Shown one piece after another: positions 35,445-49,803 of a stretch of DNA of 64,000 nt. Every line of letters begins with the position of its first letter. Position 1 is the stretch's first letter. The notes below the pieces were generated by a model. That model saw nothing but the letters and a program-made list of their open reading frames with translations. It had not been told where the DNA came from and searched no databases. Position numbers and translations under genes: made by a program. The stretch lies in NCBI RefSeq assembly GCF_009914755.1, contig NC_060926.1. One strand, 5' to 3'. The DNA is from the human T2T-CHM13v2.0 reference genome, Homo sapiens.

Positions 35445-36617
35445 TGCACATACCCCTATACCTATGACCAATTTCACATCTAAGTTCTGACATTTAGCCC
35501 TAAAATCTCCTTCTTAGCCCAAAGCCGCTGTTGGCCTTGTCCTGGAAATTCCAACTTTTAGCATTTTCTTCAGTGGTCACTTCTGTGATGCATCTCTCCT
35601 GAGGTCTACATCAGAGCAGGCTCAGCCTCATTCTGCCACGACCATTTCCATCATCACAAGTACTTGATCTGTTTCACGTTTTATGGAATCGATAAATCTC
35701 ATCCCTAAAGAGTCCAGCAGGCCTTTGATTCCTGACCTGACATTTGCTAATGCTATTCCTGATGACCTGCCACTACGGATCTGCAGCACTGCACTCTTGT
35801 GTTTGACAACACTCATAATATGAATCAATATTCAGCATTCAGTAAGTGAGCTGGGGAGTCATTTCACTGCTGCAAAAGGCTGCGTTGCCCCTGGGCAGCT
35901 GTCAGAAATGGGTAGTTATTAATAGCCCTGTCTTTTCACTTAGCATAGTCAGTAGGGGTCAGGCATGAAATGATTTAATCAGTTTATGATATCTGTGACA
36001 GAGAGCACTTAAAATGTAATCACAAAATTTAGGTAGAAGTGTCCCTGGGCTGTTGTAATGTTTTTCTCACTTAATTTTCCCTAATGCTGATACAGTGTAG
36101 TGCACACTGAGAGACTGACCATACAACAAAATGACATATGAGTTGGTGTTGGTTTCATTTCTCTCTCAGTAAAGTTGCCTTTTTAGTGGGGGTTTTTACT
36201 TCACAACATAGACCACAAATCCTAAGGGTAAGTGAGTATAAATCCCTTGGGTTGGCTTGCTTGGCTCTGCAAAATGTGTCCAAAATGTGTTGAGGGGTCT
36301 TGAGGGTGGGGAAGAACTTGATTGAGCAGAAAAATATCAAGCTTAGGTTTTTTGTTATTGTTATTTTCTGTATCCTCAAAGAAAATGTTAATGTGCTAGG
36401 ATTCAGAGGACATTTTCCAGGTACACAAACCTAGTTGAACAATATCAGTAGTCTTATTGGGTCCTCTAGCAGTCACTTGGAAATAAGCTCAGCAGAAGTA
36501 AAAGTAAAAACTGTTCTATGCTGATAGTTGGAAAGACAGTACCTCAGCAGGGATTGGTCAAGCTGGGAATTCAGGGTTCAAGTAAGAAGAGTGGCTCTAA
36601 AAAATGTTAGATGATGC

Positions 36618-36775
36618 TGACGTGGTGGTGCATGCCTGTGGGGCTACTCCGAAGGCCGAGGCAGGAGGATCACCTGAGACCGGGAACTTGAGGCTGTAGT
36701 GCACCATGATCATGTCTGTGAATAGTCACTGCACTCCAGCCTGGGCAACATAGTAAGACCTCATCTCTAAAAAAC
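36618..36775 (+). mobile_element. FAM (fossil Alu monomer)
   Basis: Monomer carrying the FAM-type tgtgaatag(t)cactgcactccagcc segment. Confidence 0.8.
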
Positions 36776-36849
36776 AAGAAAGATATGATAGGTGAAAGAT
36801 GACCCTAAACTTAAAAGGCAGTGAAAAAAATCATCACAGGTGTAAAAGT

Positions 36850-37035
36850 TAGCAATGCATGGAACAAGATTAGTACAATGTTTAGGTCTCGGGGTCTGGA
36901 ATACCCAGGTTCAAATGCCATCTCTGTACTATCATTTCCTCATTTGAAATATACCCATTTCATAGGGTTACTATGAGAATTAAATACGAGCTTATGTAAT
37001 ATATCTGACACATAGGAGAAGTTCAAATAACATTA
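36850..37035 (+). mobile_element. MIR
   Basis: ccaggttcaaatgcc...catagggttactatgagaattaaat. Confidence 0.6.
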
Positions 37036-37674
37036 CTTCTCTCTTTCCTTATCTCTAACGGCCTAAATTTGGTTAATTATAATGCAAAAGGGAGGGCAAG
37101 TTTTGAGCTGAAGCTGCAGTGGAAAGGGATCATCAAGACAGCTGTCCTTGACTGTCCCTCCTGCAGTACTGTCTCTCATTGGCTGCTTGCCCATCAGAGG
37201 CACACTGATCACTCTAAATATCCTGGTAGAGAGTGGGGAAAAACTTGGCCCTGGACATCTTCCTGCAGATTTAGGGAGACAGAAGAAAGAAAAAAGCACA
37301 GAATATGCTGAGTTCAGATTTGTGATTCTAATGTTAATTAATGCTTGCCTTCAAATGGGCTTAGTTCTTTTATTCAACAAGTATTTACTTAGCATCCTAC
37401 TATGTGCTTTCTATGTGCTGGCAAAATTTATGGGAACAACCAGCTCGAAGTCCCCTCCTGCCTCATTCCTGACTCTGTTGGGTATCATAGGATGAACATT
37501 AGACAAAGACATACGCCTTCTGTGTTTCTCTGTGAATCCAGAGCCTTAAAAGCTCTGGCATTGTCTAAGACCCACTTATCTCTAAGTGCTTTGGTTTGTA
37601 CTGGTTCTTTATCTTTCTAAGCTAGAAAGCCATGGTCTCACATGAAACCACAAGCCCTGATAACAGGTGTCTCC

Positions 37675-38269
37675 TGTGGTAGGCAGAATTCTAAAATGGC
37701 CCCCAAGATTCCCGGCCCTGCTGTACACACACCCTCTCCCAGGTATTTAGCCATACGTTATCTAGATACTGCTGTGGAAAGATTTTGCAGATGTAGTTAA
37801 GGTCCCAAATCAGTTGACCATAAAGCAGTGACATTATCTGAGTGGATCTGACCTAATGACATAACCCCTTTAAATCTGGGTCTAGAGGTCAGAGACGGGA
37901 AGTCAGAGACGAAGCAGGAGAAGGATTTGCTGGCTTGAAGATGGAGGCAGCTACGTAGCAAGGAATTTTTTTAGCTGAGAGTGGCCCTTGTTTGCCAGCC
38001 AGAGAGGAAATGGGGACCTCAATTCTACAGCTACAAGGAGCTGAATTTTGCCAGGAAGAATGAGGTTGGAAGCAGAACTTTTTTAGAGCCTCCAGATGAG
38101 AACTCAATCTGGTTGCCACTGTTATTTCAGCCTTGTGATTCCCTGAGCAGAAAACTCAACCATGCCATACCAGACTTCTGACCTAAAGAGTTGTGAACTG
38201 ATAAATGAGTGATGGTTTAAGCTGCTAAATTTCTGGTGATTTGTTATGCACCGATAAAAAACTAATACA
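37675..38269 (+). mobile_element. MLT1D/E-like solo LTR
   Basis: tgtggtaggcagaattctaaaatggccccc ... tttgttatgca...aactaataca. Confidence 0.88.
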
Positions 38270-38723
38270 TCTTGTTTACATCTTGCCTGTTCCACATTTG
38301 TTTCCTCCGAGATCAGATGGAAACATGATCCCCTTTTTCTGTTTTCAAATCTTATGTCTCTTTCTGGTACATCGGCTAAGCTCTTCTTTCTGTTGGAGAA
38401 AAATGTTCTATATTCATTTGCCAAAAGAGATGATTGCAATCTTCTGAATCTGGTGAATGCCTGAGGCTCTCTCACCAGTTTACCAGCTCTGTCCACTTCT
38501 TTGGGCTCTCTTTGGTGACTAATCACTCAAGCATCCTCCTTCCCAACCCCTGTGGGAATTCTCTGCCAGATTACTATGATTATAGTTTTATAATCCTAAA
38601 AAAAACCTGAAAATGTACAGAGTGACAAACATAATTCACCCCAAGGGAAGAGAAGAACCTCTCTCACACAGCAGGAAGACTCAGTTTTTCCTGTCCAGTC
38701 ACTTGCCACAATGTCTTGAACTG

Positions 38724-38753
38724 AAAACCACAATTACTTTTGCACCAACCTAA
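38724..38753. mobile_element. MADE1/Hsmar1 terminal inverted repeat (single end)
   Basis: aaaaccacaattacttttgcaccaacctaa. Confidence 0.85.
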
Positions 38754-38765
38754 AATGTATATATA

Positions 38766-38860
38766 ATTTTTTTTCTTTTTTTCTTAGACACAGGGTCTCA
38801 CTCTGTTGCCCAGGCTGGAGTGCAGTGGTGATCATAACTCAGTGCAGCCTCAAACTCCTG
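38766..38860 (-). mobile_element. AluJ 3' fragment
   Basis: gggtctcactctgttgcccaggctggagtgcagtgg. Confidence 0.85.
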
Positions 38861-39184
38861 AACTGCTCATATATTTAAGAAACACTTCGTGGCAGAAGAT
38901 TATGATACTCTTGCTTATTTATTGGCTTAAGGATTAAGGATCCCCAAAGTCTCAGACTTCAGTAAGTAAGCCTATGTCCTACATGATGTCTGTAAACTCC
39001 ACTCCCTCTTAGACTTACATCCTAGAACAAAGACATAGGGGGCTTCTTCAACTGTGGCCATACATTTTTGTCCCAGACCCAGCTTCATTGTGTTAAAAGT
39101 CTTGGTGTTATGTGAAGAGTGTCTTTATCCATCCTTCCGTCATTCAGTGTAGAGTTCTAGGATTTTTGAAATAGGATAGATTCA

Positions 39185-39650
<466 letters not shown>

Positions 39651-40984
39651 AAGACTGACAGTCATGTAAGATCACATTTACATATAAAATGCATATATGT
39701 AACATTTCTTATATGAAGATGAATAGTAAAGGAATTAAATCAATTTAATTTCTACTAGTATAGAATTAAATGTCTACTATAAAGTTATCACTAAGCTGAG
39801 CTCTTAGGGAGACACTGAACCCAAGGAATTTATAGGCTCCGTCTATCTTTTTTCTATTCCATGTGGTGTGAGAGAAGTCAGTTACCAAGATCTATTGACC
39901 ATCTATCCACTCTTTTCTGAACCAAAGGCATACTCTAAAAGCTTGCAGTGACTGGATGAGTCAAATTCTGTCACTTCCTCTTTACAAGTTGTTTTGTAAT
40001 GATTAAACCAGTGATACATTGTATCATACATTGATTGAGGAGGCATTTAATACTTAAAGTGAGAACTGTTGCAAGTTATCAAAGGAACTGTGGGTGTTCT
40101 GTATATTCTCTGTATATCTTCATAGAGACTGCCGAGAATGGGGCTTGAGACTAAAGTTTTAAACAACTCATTCATGAATGTCCATCTACCTAAACTTCTG
40201 TACACAATATATGACAACTTGCAAGACCTGGAAACCAGATGTTTTTAAAATTGTTTTCTTCAGTGTTTTATTGTAAAAAGTCTCATCTATTCTACCTAGC
40301 CACATAATTCCAGGTGGTGTTCTAGGGTTCAGGGTAGAGTACGTGGCAGTAATGTAGTCACAAGATTATGTAGTCCTGTTTAATGGGGCAGAAACCCACA
40401 TCTGCAAGATCTTTATTCTCTCAGATTGCTGAGACAAAGAACTGGATACGGGGCTTTACACAGTGTCATGCAGTGCGTGGGCATGCCTTCTATGTCACAT
40501 TAATTGTATTTATAAATTTACTCCAGAAACCTGAGCATGAAGACTCTAAATTCTCACTGTTCAGGTGACTCTAAGCAGATGGCTTATGCATAAGATTGGA
40601 AGGATTGGAAGTTCTAAAGGGAATTGTGCGTGTTGCCCTTTGTGTTCCATAGGCCATTACCACTGGGCCTTGAAACTCCCTGGAGTTTTATGCATAAGAA
40701 AGAAAGATGTCAAATTTGCCTTCTTGAGTAGTTTTATCAAGGTCACCTATGATCTGTATTTAACATTTGGTTGCAAGGGAGAGTTCCCAACAAAAAGATG
40801 CTGGAACACAGCCAGTCCATTAGCATTGAGGCCATGCTTTCTTCAAAACATCCTGGACTCTATACCAAAGTATGCTTTTTAAATGGCAGCAGTGGAAAAG
40901 ATTTGTCGAAAACTCATGTCACTGTAGATGAATTTGCTCTGAAGAATAGAGATCATTATCAGCCCAGTAAATTTTGAGACATCA

Positions 40985-41100
40985 GAGTGAAGCACTGTAC
41001 TAAGTGCTTTTGTACATGTCACTTCACTTCATCTTCATAATAGTCCTGAGAATCACATAATTATTATTCTCATTTTACAGAAGAGAAAACTGAGTCCTAT
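40985..41100 (-). mobile_element. MIR
   Basis: gcactgtactaagtgctttt...cattttacagaagagaaaactgag. Confidence 0.7.
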
Positions 41101-41211
41101 ATATGACATACCTTGTATACCTATGGAGAGCTTTCCTTTGTTGGCAATATTATACCAGAAACAGTTTAGCTTACTCAGGGCGAAGTGTAATATGGGTTTC
41201 TAACATATAGA

Positions 41212-41454
41212 TTTTTTTTTAGTTTTCATTTTTTAATAGATTTAGAGGGGGACAAGTGCAGTTTTGTTACATGGACATATTGTGTAGTAGTGAAATCTGG
41301 GCGTTGAATGTAAGCATCACTTGAATAGTGTACATTGTTTTACCCATTAGGTGATTTCTCATCTCTCATCCTCCCCTCCGAGTCTCCAGTGTCTATTATT
41401 CCACTCTATGCCCATAGGTATGCATTATTTAGCTCCCGTTTGTGAGTGAGAACA
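41212..41454 (-). mobile_element. L1PB/MA 3' end
   Basis: gggacaagtgcagttttgttacatgga...gtgagtgagaaca; degenerate TSD ctaac(a/c)ta(t/c)ag. Confidence 0.8.
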
Positions 41455-41819
41455 CTAACCTACAGTTTGAATGTATGTTCACAGTGATACACAATGATAT
41501 TTCGATTGTACTCATTATTACTTTTGAGTCTTTTAAATAAAATTCAGAAGAGAATTTTATTTAAAAGACTGTGGCTTTCTCATTAACAAGACAGGCAAAC
41601 TGAACCAATTCATTTACCTATCTAGTGCTTGACATGGAGGATTTAAGAAATCCTAGAAAAGATTTCTAAAATGGAAGATTTTACTTGGTGATCTTTACAG
41701 TCAATAACAACTCCAAAATCCTGGAATCTTATGCAGATAGAGTCCTTTCATACAAAATACTGTGGCAGTGCTCAGAATCTGGTGTGAGGTCTGAGGCAAC
41801 CACTCACCTCCATATTTTC

Positions 41820-42040
41820 CATTTATTGAGCACTTACGTTTCAGGAACCATGCTAAGCGATTTACATACATCATCTCATTTAATTCTTACAACTGTTCTG
41901 CTAATATTATTTCCATTTTACATATGAGGAAACTGAGATACAGAGAGGCTTAAGTAATTTGTCCAAAGTCATATGGTATGTGATGGTAGAGCTGAGATGT
42001 GAAAACCAGCCTGTTTGACCATCAAGCTAGCCTCTTACCA
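41820..42040 (-). mobile_element. MIR
   Basis: atttattgagcacttac...gaggaaactgagatacagagaggcttaagtaatttgtccaaagtca. Confidence 0.8.
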
Positions 42041-42597
42041 TTGGGCTATTTACTTTATTTATTTATTCAGCCTTAGGGACAGGATAAGTTTATGTCATTT
42101 AGTCAGGACCCTTTCCCCTGATAATCTTTGGACAAATCAGCAATAATTTTAAAAGAAAGAGACAAATATTTTAGAGGAAGGGAATAGGATAATTGGAAAG
42201 AAACTAAGAGGGTGCTGTGAAAGTATACATAAGGCGAAAGGAGGCTTAGCCAAAGAGTTCAAAGTCAGAATGCTCCCTTGTCACAGAAATTAAGTACTAG
42301 ATGTGTGCTATGATTTAAATTTTCATGGCACATTAAAGTCTTTTGTTGAAAAACCTGTAACATCTTCAGCAAGTAGTAGACACTATTTAAGTACCTGTAA
42401 TTGACCAATACGATACTATACTACTGGTGTTCTGTTCACTGTTGACCCAGAAGGCCACATGTGTAGATAGCATATGAACCGTCTTCATTTTATACTCTGT
42501 TCTCTCATACAAGTGCTCTAAAGTGACTTTTAATCTCTGTTATATATAGTTTTATCCATTAAGAGGATATGACATCTTTTCATTCAGAGTGAGACAC

Positions 42598-42893
42598 TTT
42601 TTTTTTTTTTTTTGGGACAGTCTCGCTCTGTCACCCAGGCTGGAGTGCAGTAGCGCAATCTTGGCTTACTGTAACCTCCACCTCCTGGGTTCAGGTGATT
42701 CTTGTGTCTAAGACTCCTGAGTAGCTGCGACTATAGGCATGGGCCACCACACCCCACTAATTTTTGTGCTTTTAATAGAGATGGGGTTTTGCCATATTGG
42801 CCAGGCTGATCTCGAATTCCTGGCCTCAAGCCATCTACCCAACTCAGCTTCCCAAAGTGCTAGAATTACAGTTGTGAGACACCGTACTTGGCC
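42598..42893 (-). mobile_element. Alu (J/S)
   Basis: Full dimer. Confidence 0.92.
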
Positions 42894-43334
42894 ACGTTTT
42901 TGTTGTTGTTGTTAGAAATGTGCTCTGAGACTGGCATTTCCTCTCTGTGACTAATCAGCATTAGATGGGAAGATAGTCAACTGTTGCATTCTTTTTCTAT
43001 TCTAATTATTGTCATGGCTCTGGTAGTATTTCTAACTATAATTTTACACTAAAATAAAAAGAATAATTTATCAAATGAAGCTATTTTAGTGAATTTAAAA
43101 TGTATGACATCCCTCTCATAAGGTAGCTTTGCTTGGTTACTTTTATTGTTTTGTTGAGTATTCTGATTCTATAAAACATAACATTTAAAAAAGAGGTTGT
43201 AGGCATTAATATAATATTAAGTGACTTGCAAATAAAGAAGTATGGAGACTCTTAGGAGGTGGGTGCCTATTTATCTCTTTAAAGAACACAGTTTTAGAAA
43301 TGTTTGCTTTATCCATTATGACCTTTTGCTAACT

Positions 43335-43685
43335 CATTCATTCATTCAGTAGACATTTAGTGTCTGTATGTTCAGTCGGAGTTCCTGGGGTAAGAATTAG
43401 ACATTCAAAGACAACTAAGATAGAGTTTATACCTTTGAGAAGCTGACTGTTTTGTGAGGGAGATAGACAAGGGAGGAGGAAAATCCAGTAGTTAGTTAAA
43501 CATTATGATAGAGGTATGCACTGGATGGTGTGTGAGCACAGAAATCTTCCTAGTAACCCAGATTGCCTAGGTTCAAATCCTGGCTTTGCCACTTGTTGAC
43601 TATGGGTCTTGGACAAGTTACTTGACCTTTCTGTGCCTCATTTTTCATACAGCCCTTAGAACAGTACTTGATACACAATAAATAT
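43335..43685. mobile_element. L2 3' end (-) followed by MIR (+)
   Basis: tcattcattcattcag...; ggttcaaatcctggctttgccactt...ggacaagttacttgacc. Confidence 0.65.
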
Positions 43686-43687
43686 TC

Positions 43688-44123
<436 letters not shown>

Positions 44124-44164
44124 AAACACAATAAATACTGCATTAGGATCTGTTAAATAAGATA

Positions 44165-45230
44165 TTTAAAGCAGAATGGATGAATAGGAATTAACCAGAT
44201 GAAGGGCGTTCTGGTTGGGGTGGGAGTAGGGAAGATAGGATGGTTTTGAGGAAACTGCATATATGGAAGGCCTTGGCAAGAGGGATCTCGGAACTGTTGA
44301 AAAGGGTGGAAAGGGGGCAGCAGCAAAAGAATAAACTGGAGAAGTAAGCAGAAACCATATTACACAGTCGTGTCTGAAAACATGGCAATAATTTACATTA
44401 TTCATTCAGGTTCATATTTTTACCATATTTTCATGGAGGATGGATTGGAGTAGGGAAACCAGTCAGAGGCTGTTGACATGGTTCAGATAAAAACTGATTG
44501 AGACCTTAAACTAGGGGTATTGGTGGTAGGGATAGAGAAGAAGTGAATTGATTAGAAAGCTGTTGAAAGTGTGGGATAAGGGACAAGGGACAGGTGGGAG
44601 TCAGACACATCTGACGGTTTCTGGCTTGTTTGACATATTGCTGAAGCAGGGACTACAGGAAGAACAGATTAGGGTGAGGATGGGGAGGGAGGATGGGTTC
44701 CATTTTAGATATTTTTGAGTGAGTGGAGCCTGTGGGACAGTTAGAAGAGCTTTCCCAATAGGCCTTTGGCTGTTGAGAAGGTCTAGGCATCAGGAGAGTG
44801 GTCTCATCTGTAGAAATTGATTTGGGAGTCATCTTCAAATGAATGTGGGTTGAAGCCGTGAGAGTGGGTGAGATTAAGAAAAGGAATAAAGAAAGAATAT
44901 AATAGAATTTAGGATAGATTCCTGGTGATCACTAATTTGAGGACTGGGTATATAGACTGAAACAGACTGAAAGGTAATGCCCAAAGAGGAGGAAAACCAG
45001 GAGTTGTCATAGAAACCAAGGGAGGAGAAACTTTCAAGGGCAAGAGAGTGGCCAACCATGTCAAATCCTGCAGAGCTTTTGGTTAGGATGGGGACAGAAA
45101 AGTGTCCATTGAATTTAGCAACAAAGAGGTCATTATTGATTTTGGCCAGAGAGGCTTCCAGCAGGGAAGAAGGAGTGGCAGCCAGATTGCAGTGGGCTAA
45201 GGGGTGAGTGAATGGGAGGAGCAGAAGTAT
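44165..45230 (-). mobile_element. L2
   Basis: Continuous L2 motifs (gggaaaccagtcagaggctgttg; gtgtccattgaatttagcaacaaagaggtcatt; gccagattgcagtgggct). Confidence 0.8.
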
Positions 45231-45339
45231 AGCTTGTCTAAAGGAAAATCAAGACATGGGGCAGCAGAAAGGGGAATGCAGGGTTATACCTGTCTGTGTT
45301 ATAGGTAGCATCTTCATTGCAAAGTGAAAGGCTATTTAA

Positions 45340-46000
<661 letters not shown>

Positions 46001-46028
46001 CTCTTTTTTTTTTTTAAAGGATTAATCC

Positions 46029-46160
46029 GCTAGGCACAGTGGCTCACGCCTGTAATCCTAGCACTTTGGGAGGCCGAAGCAGGAGGATCCCTTGAACCCA
46101 GAAATTTGAGACCAGCCTGGCAAGATAATGAGACCCCGTCTCTACAAAAAAAATTTACAA
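46029..46160 (+). mobile_element. Alu left monomer (FLAM/AluJ)
   Basis: gctaggcacagtggctcacgcc...accccgtctctacaaaa. Confidence 0.85.
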
Positions 46161-47250
46161 AATGATACAAGTGAGGATGATGTAAGTTTATTTCAGGGAG
46201 AAAATGCACAGGAACTACCCACTCCCTGCTGGAATGCAACAGCATGCAAAAGTTTTATCTTTTTTACTTTCACCTATGTGGTTTGCTTTAACTCTTTTCA
46301 CTGAGGAAATGCCTTGTTTATTAACTTTTCTAGACATAGGATTCATTCATCATTAATGATAATGTGGTTTCCAAGTATTATTTGTCAGAGAAATGTCCAC
46401 TAGAAATGATAATGGTACTAACTGTGTCCTCTTTCTGCCATCACTTTAATCTTACTCATATCTCTGTGGGAGGATGGAGCTGAAAGATAAACCTTTGGTA
46501 CATTTTCTAGTTTTGTTTCTGGCTTTTTTTTTTCCTATTTAAAAGTGTTAGTACATTCTCTTATTTGAGGAAATAAAACTAACACATGAAACAAATAGGA
46601 AGCAAAAATAAACGGTGCTTAAGAAGGTAGTTAATTTTATGGTACAATAAGGGCAGGCCATTGGTTGGTTTCTTTGTTTAGAGGGCAGTCCTTTTTTGAG
46701 GAAGGGGAATATTAGTGGAATGGTCTGGTGATGTTGCTCCTCATCTTGACCTGAGGGAATGTCTTGAACAAGTCAATTAACTTATTTCTTCCTTCTTTCC
46801 TCCCTCCTTCCCTTCTTTCCTTCCTCCCTTCTTCTATGTGTAAAATAGAAACAGTAACAACAGTAATAATCTCTTTAGAGAAGCTTGAGAAAAAAAGGTT
46901 TCTAAATAAATAGAAGAATGGTTAGCACCATATTTCTGAGTCCTTGTCCATTTTCTTGTTACCGGGAGGTGATCACTTTTTGTGGAGAAAGTATTTTTAA
47001 GTCACTTTTTTTTATTTTCTACATTTTTCTAATTTCATGTTGCTGTTTTTAAAATATAAGGAATAGACAAAGAAGGAAGTTTAAGATTAACCATTGCTCT
47101 CTGCTCTGTATCAATTTAGGTTGGTCTCCACTCCCCACTGCGCATGTCAGTCAGTTTAAAATATCTGTTATCAGGACCCTGATTGGCATTAAAGGAAAAC
47201 TTACATAATGAGTTTCACCCAGGGATGATCAACTGCAATACTATTGTGAG

Positions 47251-47569
47251 TTTTATTTATTTATTTATTCATTCATTCATTCATTCATTCATTCATTCAT
47301 TCATTCGATGAGATCTTGCTCTGTCATCCAGGCTGGAGTGCAGTGATGTCAATATAGCTCACTGCAGCCTCGAACTCCTGGGCTCAAGTGATCCTTCTGC
47401 CTCAGCCTCCTGAGTACCCACCACCACACTCAGCTAATTTTTTAAATTTTTTGTAGAGATGGCATCTTGCAATGTTGCCCAGGCTGATCTTGAACTCCTG
47501 AGCTCAAGTGAGCCTCCTGCCTTGGCCTCCCAAAGTTGTAAGATTACGAGAGTGAGCCACTGTGCCTGG
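47251..47569 (-). mobile_element. AluJ with (TTTA)n(TTCA)n tail
   Basis: Dimer with tail-derived tetranucleotide STR. Confidence 0.9.
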
Positions 47570-47776
47570 ATAATTGTCGGTTTTCTAAGAGCTCTATTGC
47601 ATTGCCCCAGTTTCCTTGGTACTTGCTAAGTTTAGACCTCGGGTGGACCAATTTACATATATGGGAATATGCAGGAAATGCTTTTATCATCTGTTGTATC
47701 CTCAAAAGATAGTTCCTAAGGCAGAAGTCTATCTTCAATAGATAGAGTTCAGAGAGACAAATTAATTAATTCTCAG

Positions 47777-48170
47777 AGGTGGATTGGATAAGGAAATTGT
47801 GGTACATATGCCCCATGGACTACTACACAGGCATAAAAAAGAAGGAAATCATGTCCTTTACAGCAACATGGATGCAGTGGGAGGCCATTATCCTAAGCAA
47901 ATTAATGCCAGAACAGAAAATCAAATGTCACATGTTCTCACGTATAACTGGGAGCTAAACGTTGAGTACACACAGACTCAAAGATGAGAACAATAGACAC
48001 TTGGGACTCCTGGGGTGGGATGTGGAAGAGAGGTGAGGGTTCAAAAACTAACTATTGGGTATTATGTTCACTACCTTGGTGATGGGATTATTCGTACACC
48101 AAACCTTAGTGACACTTGAATTACTCATGTAACAAACTTGAATACATACCCCCTGAACCTAAAATAAAAG
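47777..48170 (+). mobile_element. L1PA13-16-like 3' end
   Basis: ggataaggaaattgtggtacata...cccctgaacctaaaataaaagt; TSD aattaattctcag at 47764-47776 and 48303-48315. Confidence 0.88.
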
Positions 48171-48179
48171 TCTGGAAAA

Positions 48180-48290
48180 TGTGTCTCTGTGTGTGTGTGT
48201 GTGTATGTATGTATGGATAGATAGATAGATAGATAGATAAACAGACAGACATTATCTGTCTATCTAACTATCTATCTATCATCTATCTAG
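48180..48290. repeat. (TG)n(TATG)n(GATA)n followed by inverted (TATC)n
   Basis: Direct reading. Confidence 0.9.
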
Positions 48291-49143
48291 AATCCAAAAT
48301 AAAATTAATTCTCAGTTTCTACAACAGATGGTTCTTCAAAGGCTTAGATCCACTAAAGCTATCCAACTTGAACACTTTTGGATTAGGGATGCAACTTAGT
48401 GGTGGTGCTGTTTTAATTAGGACACACTATTTGCAGAATCATGAAATGATGGTGTTGGAAGGGACTGTATAGTCCTCTATTGCAGCTTCCCCTTCAGTTG
48501 AGGAACTCCTCCGAGAGCATCTGTCACAGACTTGTGAGCATCTTCACTAATAGGAAGTGCATTCCTTTTGAGGTGGTACACAGTTAAACTGTTGCAGGTG
48601 TGAAGAAATGTTCTTCATCAAGAGCCTATGTGTTCCTCTCTGTGATAATGTACATTCTTTGCTCTGCTCTCTAGAGCACCACCTTATTTTCATGACAGTC
48701 CTTCAAGTATTTCATGACAACTCTCATGGCTTTTGTAAACCTTTATTTCTTCAAACTAAGAATTTCTATTTTACATAACCACTTTTTTTTTAATGTGGTC
48801 TTCAGATTTTTCACCCTCTTCTCTACCAAATCTGTTATCCCTTTGAAAGATGTGTCTTACACAGGGTCTAGTTGAGCAGACTAGTATGTCTGTAGAGCTG
48901 AACCCTCTATCTACTTACTGGAGGATAATTATGGAGGAGGGGAAAGAGTCTAGCTCAATGCCTGAAACAGTTATTGATTTAAATTTACATAAATGGTTCA
49001 TGATAAAGCATTTTATGACTATTCAGAATCAAGTTTTTTATTTGAACTGCTAGCAAACTAGGTCTTGTCCAATTTGTACATGGGACCTAATTTTTTGTTT
49101 AAGATAAAAAAGCTTCTCTATGTTTTTGCCTGCAAAATTTCAT

Positions 49144-49221
49144 TTGACTTTGAATAATATTGGTTTTTAAACTCATTTTTATATTGACTTTGAATAATAT
49201 TGGTTTTTAAACTCATTTTAT
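49144..49221. repeat. 40-bp tandem duplication
   Basis: ttgactttgaataatattggtttttaaactcatttt x2. Confidence 0.95.
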
Positions 49222-49507
49222 GCCAATCAAAGTCAATTCAAGTTTTTATTCATCATCTGTATTATTAACTAGCCCTCTTGCTTTGGCTATTGGGAAATGT
49301 GTAAGTTTGCCTTTGAAGTCGCTTTTCAAGTTGTCAGTAAAATATTTGAATAGGCTAGAGCTAAACACAACACACTGGGAGTTTCTGTTAGGAAAAATTG
49401 ACATCCATCAACTGACTTGGCCAGTTTTTCTTAGTCTTGTCCATAAGAATCTATCTGAGGCTTAGTTAAATGTCTTCTTGGAACTAAGAGATACTCTAAC
49501 ATACTTG

Positions 49508-49803
49508 TTTTTTAAAATTTATTTTCTTTTAGAGATAAGGTCTCACTCTGTTGCTCAGGCTGGAGTGCAGTGGCATGATCATAGCTCACTCCTGGGCTCA
49601 AGCGATCCTCCCACTCAGCCACCTAAGTAGCTAGGACTACAGGAGCATACCACTATGCCCAGCTAATTTTTTAATTTTTTTTTTCTGGAGACAGTGTCTT
49701 GCTATATTGCCCAGGCAGGTCTCGAACTTCTGGCCTCAAACAATCTTCCTGCCTTGGCCTTCCAAAGTGCTGGGATTATAGGCGTGAGCCACGGTGCCCA
49801 GCA
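49508..49803 (-). mobile_element. AluJ
   Basis: Dimer with a small internal deletion. Confidence 0.9.

Noticed and set aside
35758-35860. TGATGA box C of a possible C/D snoRNA
   Set aside because: No suitably placed CTGA box D with a terminal stem
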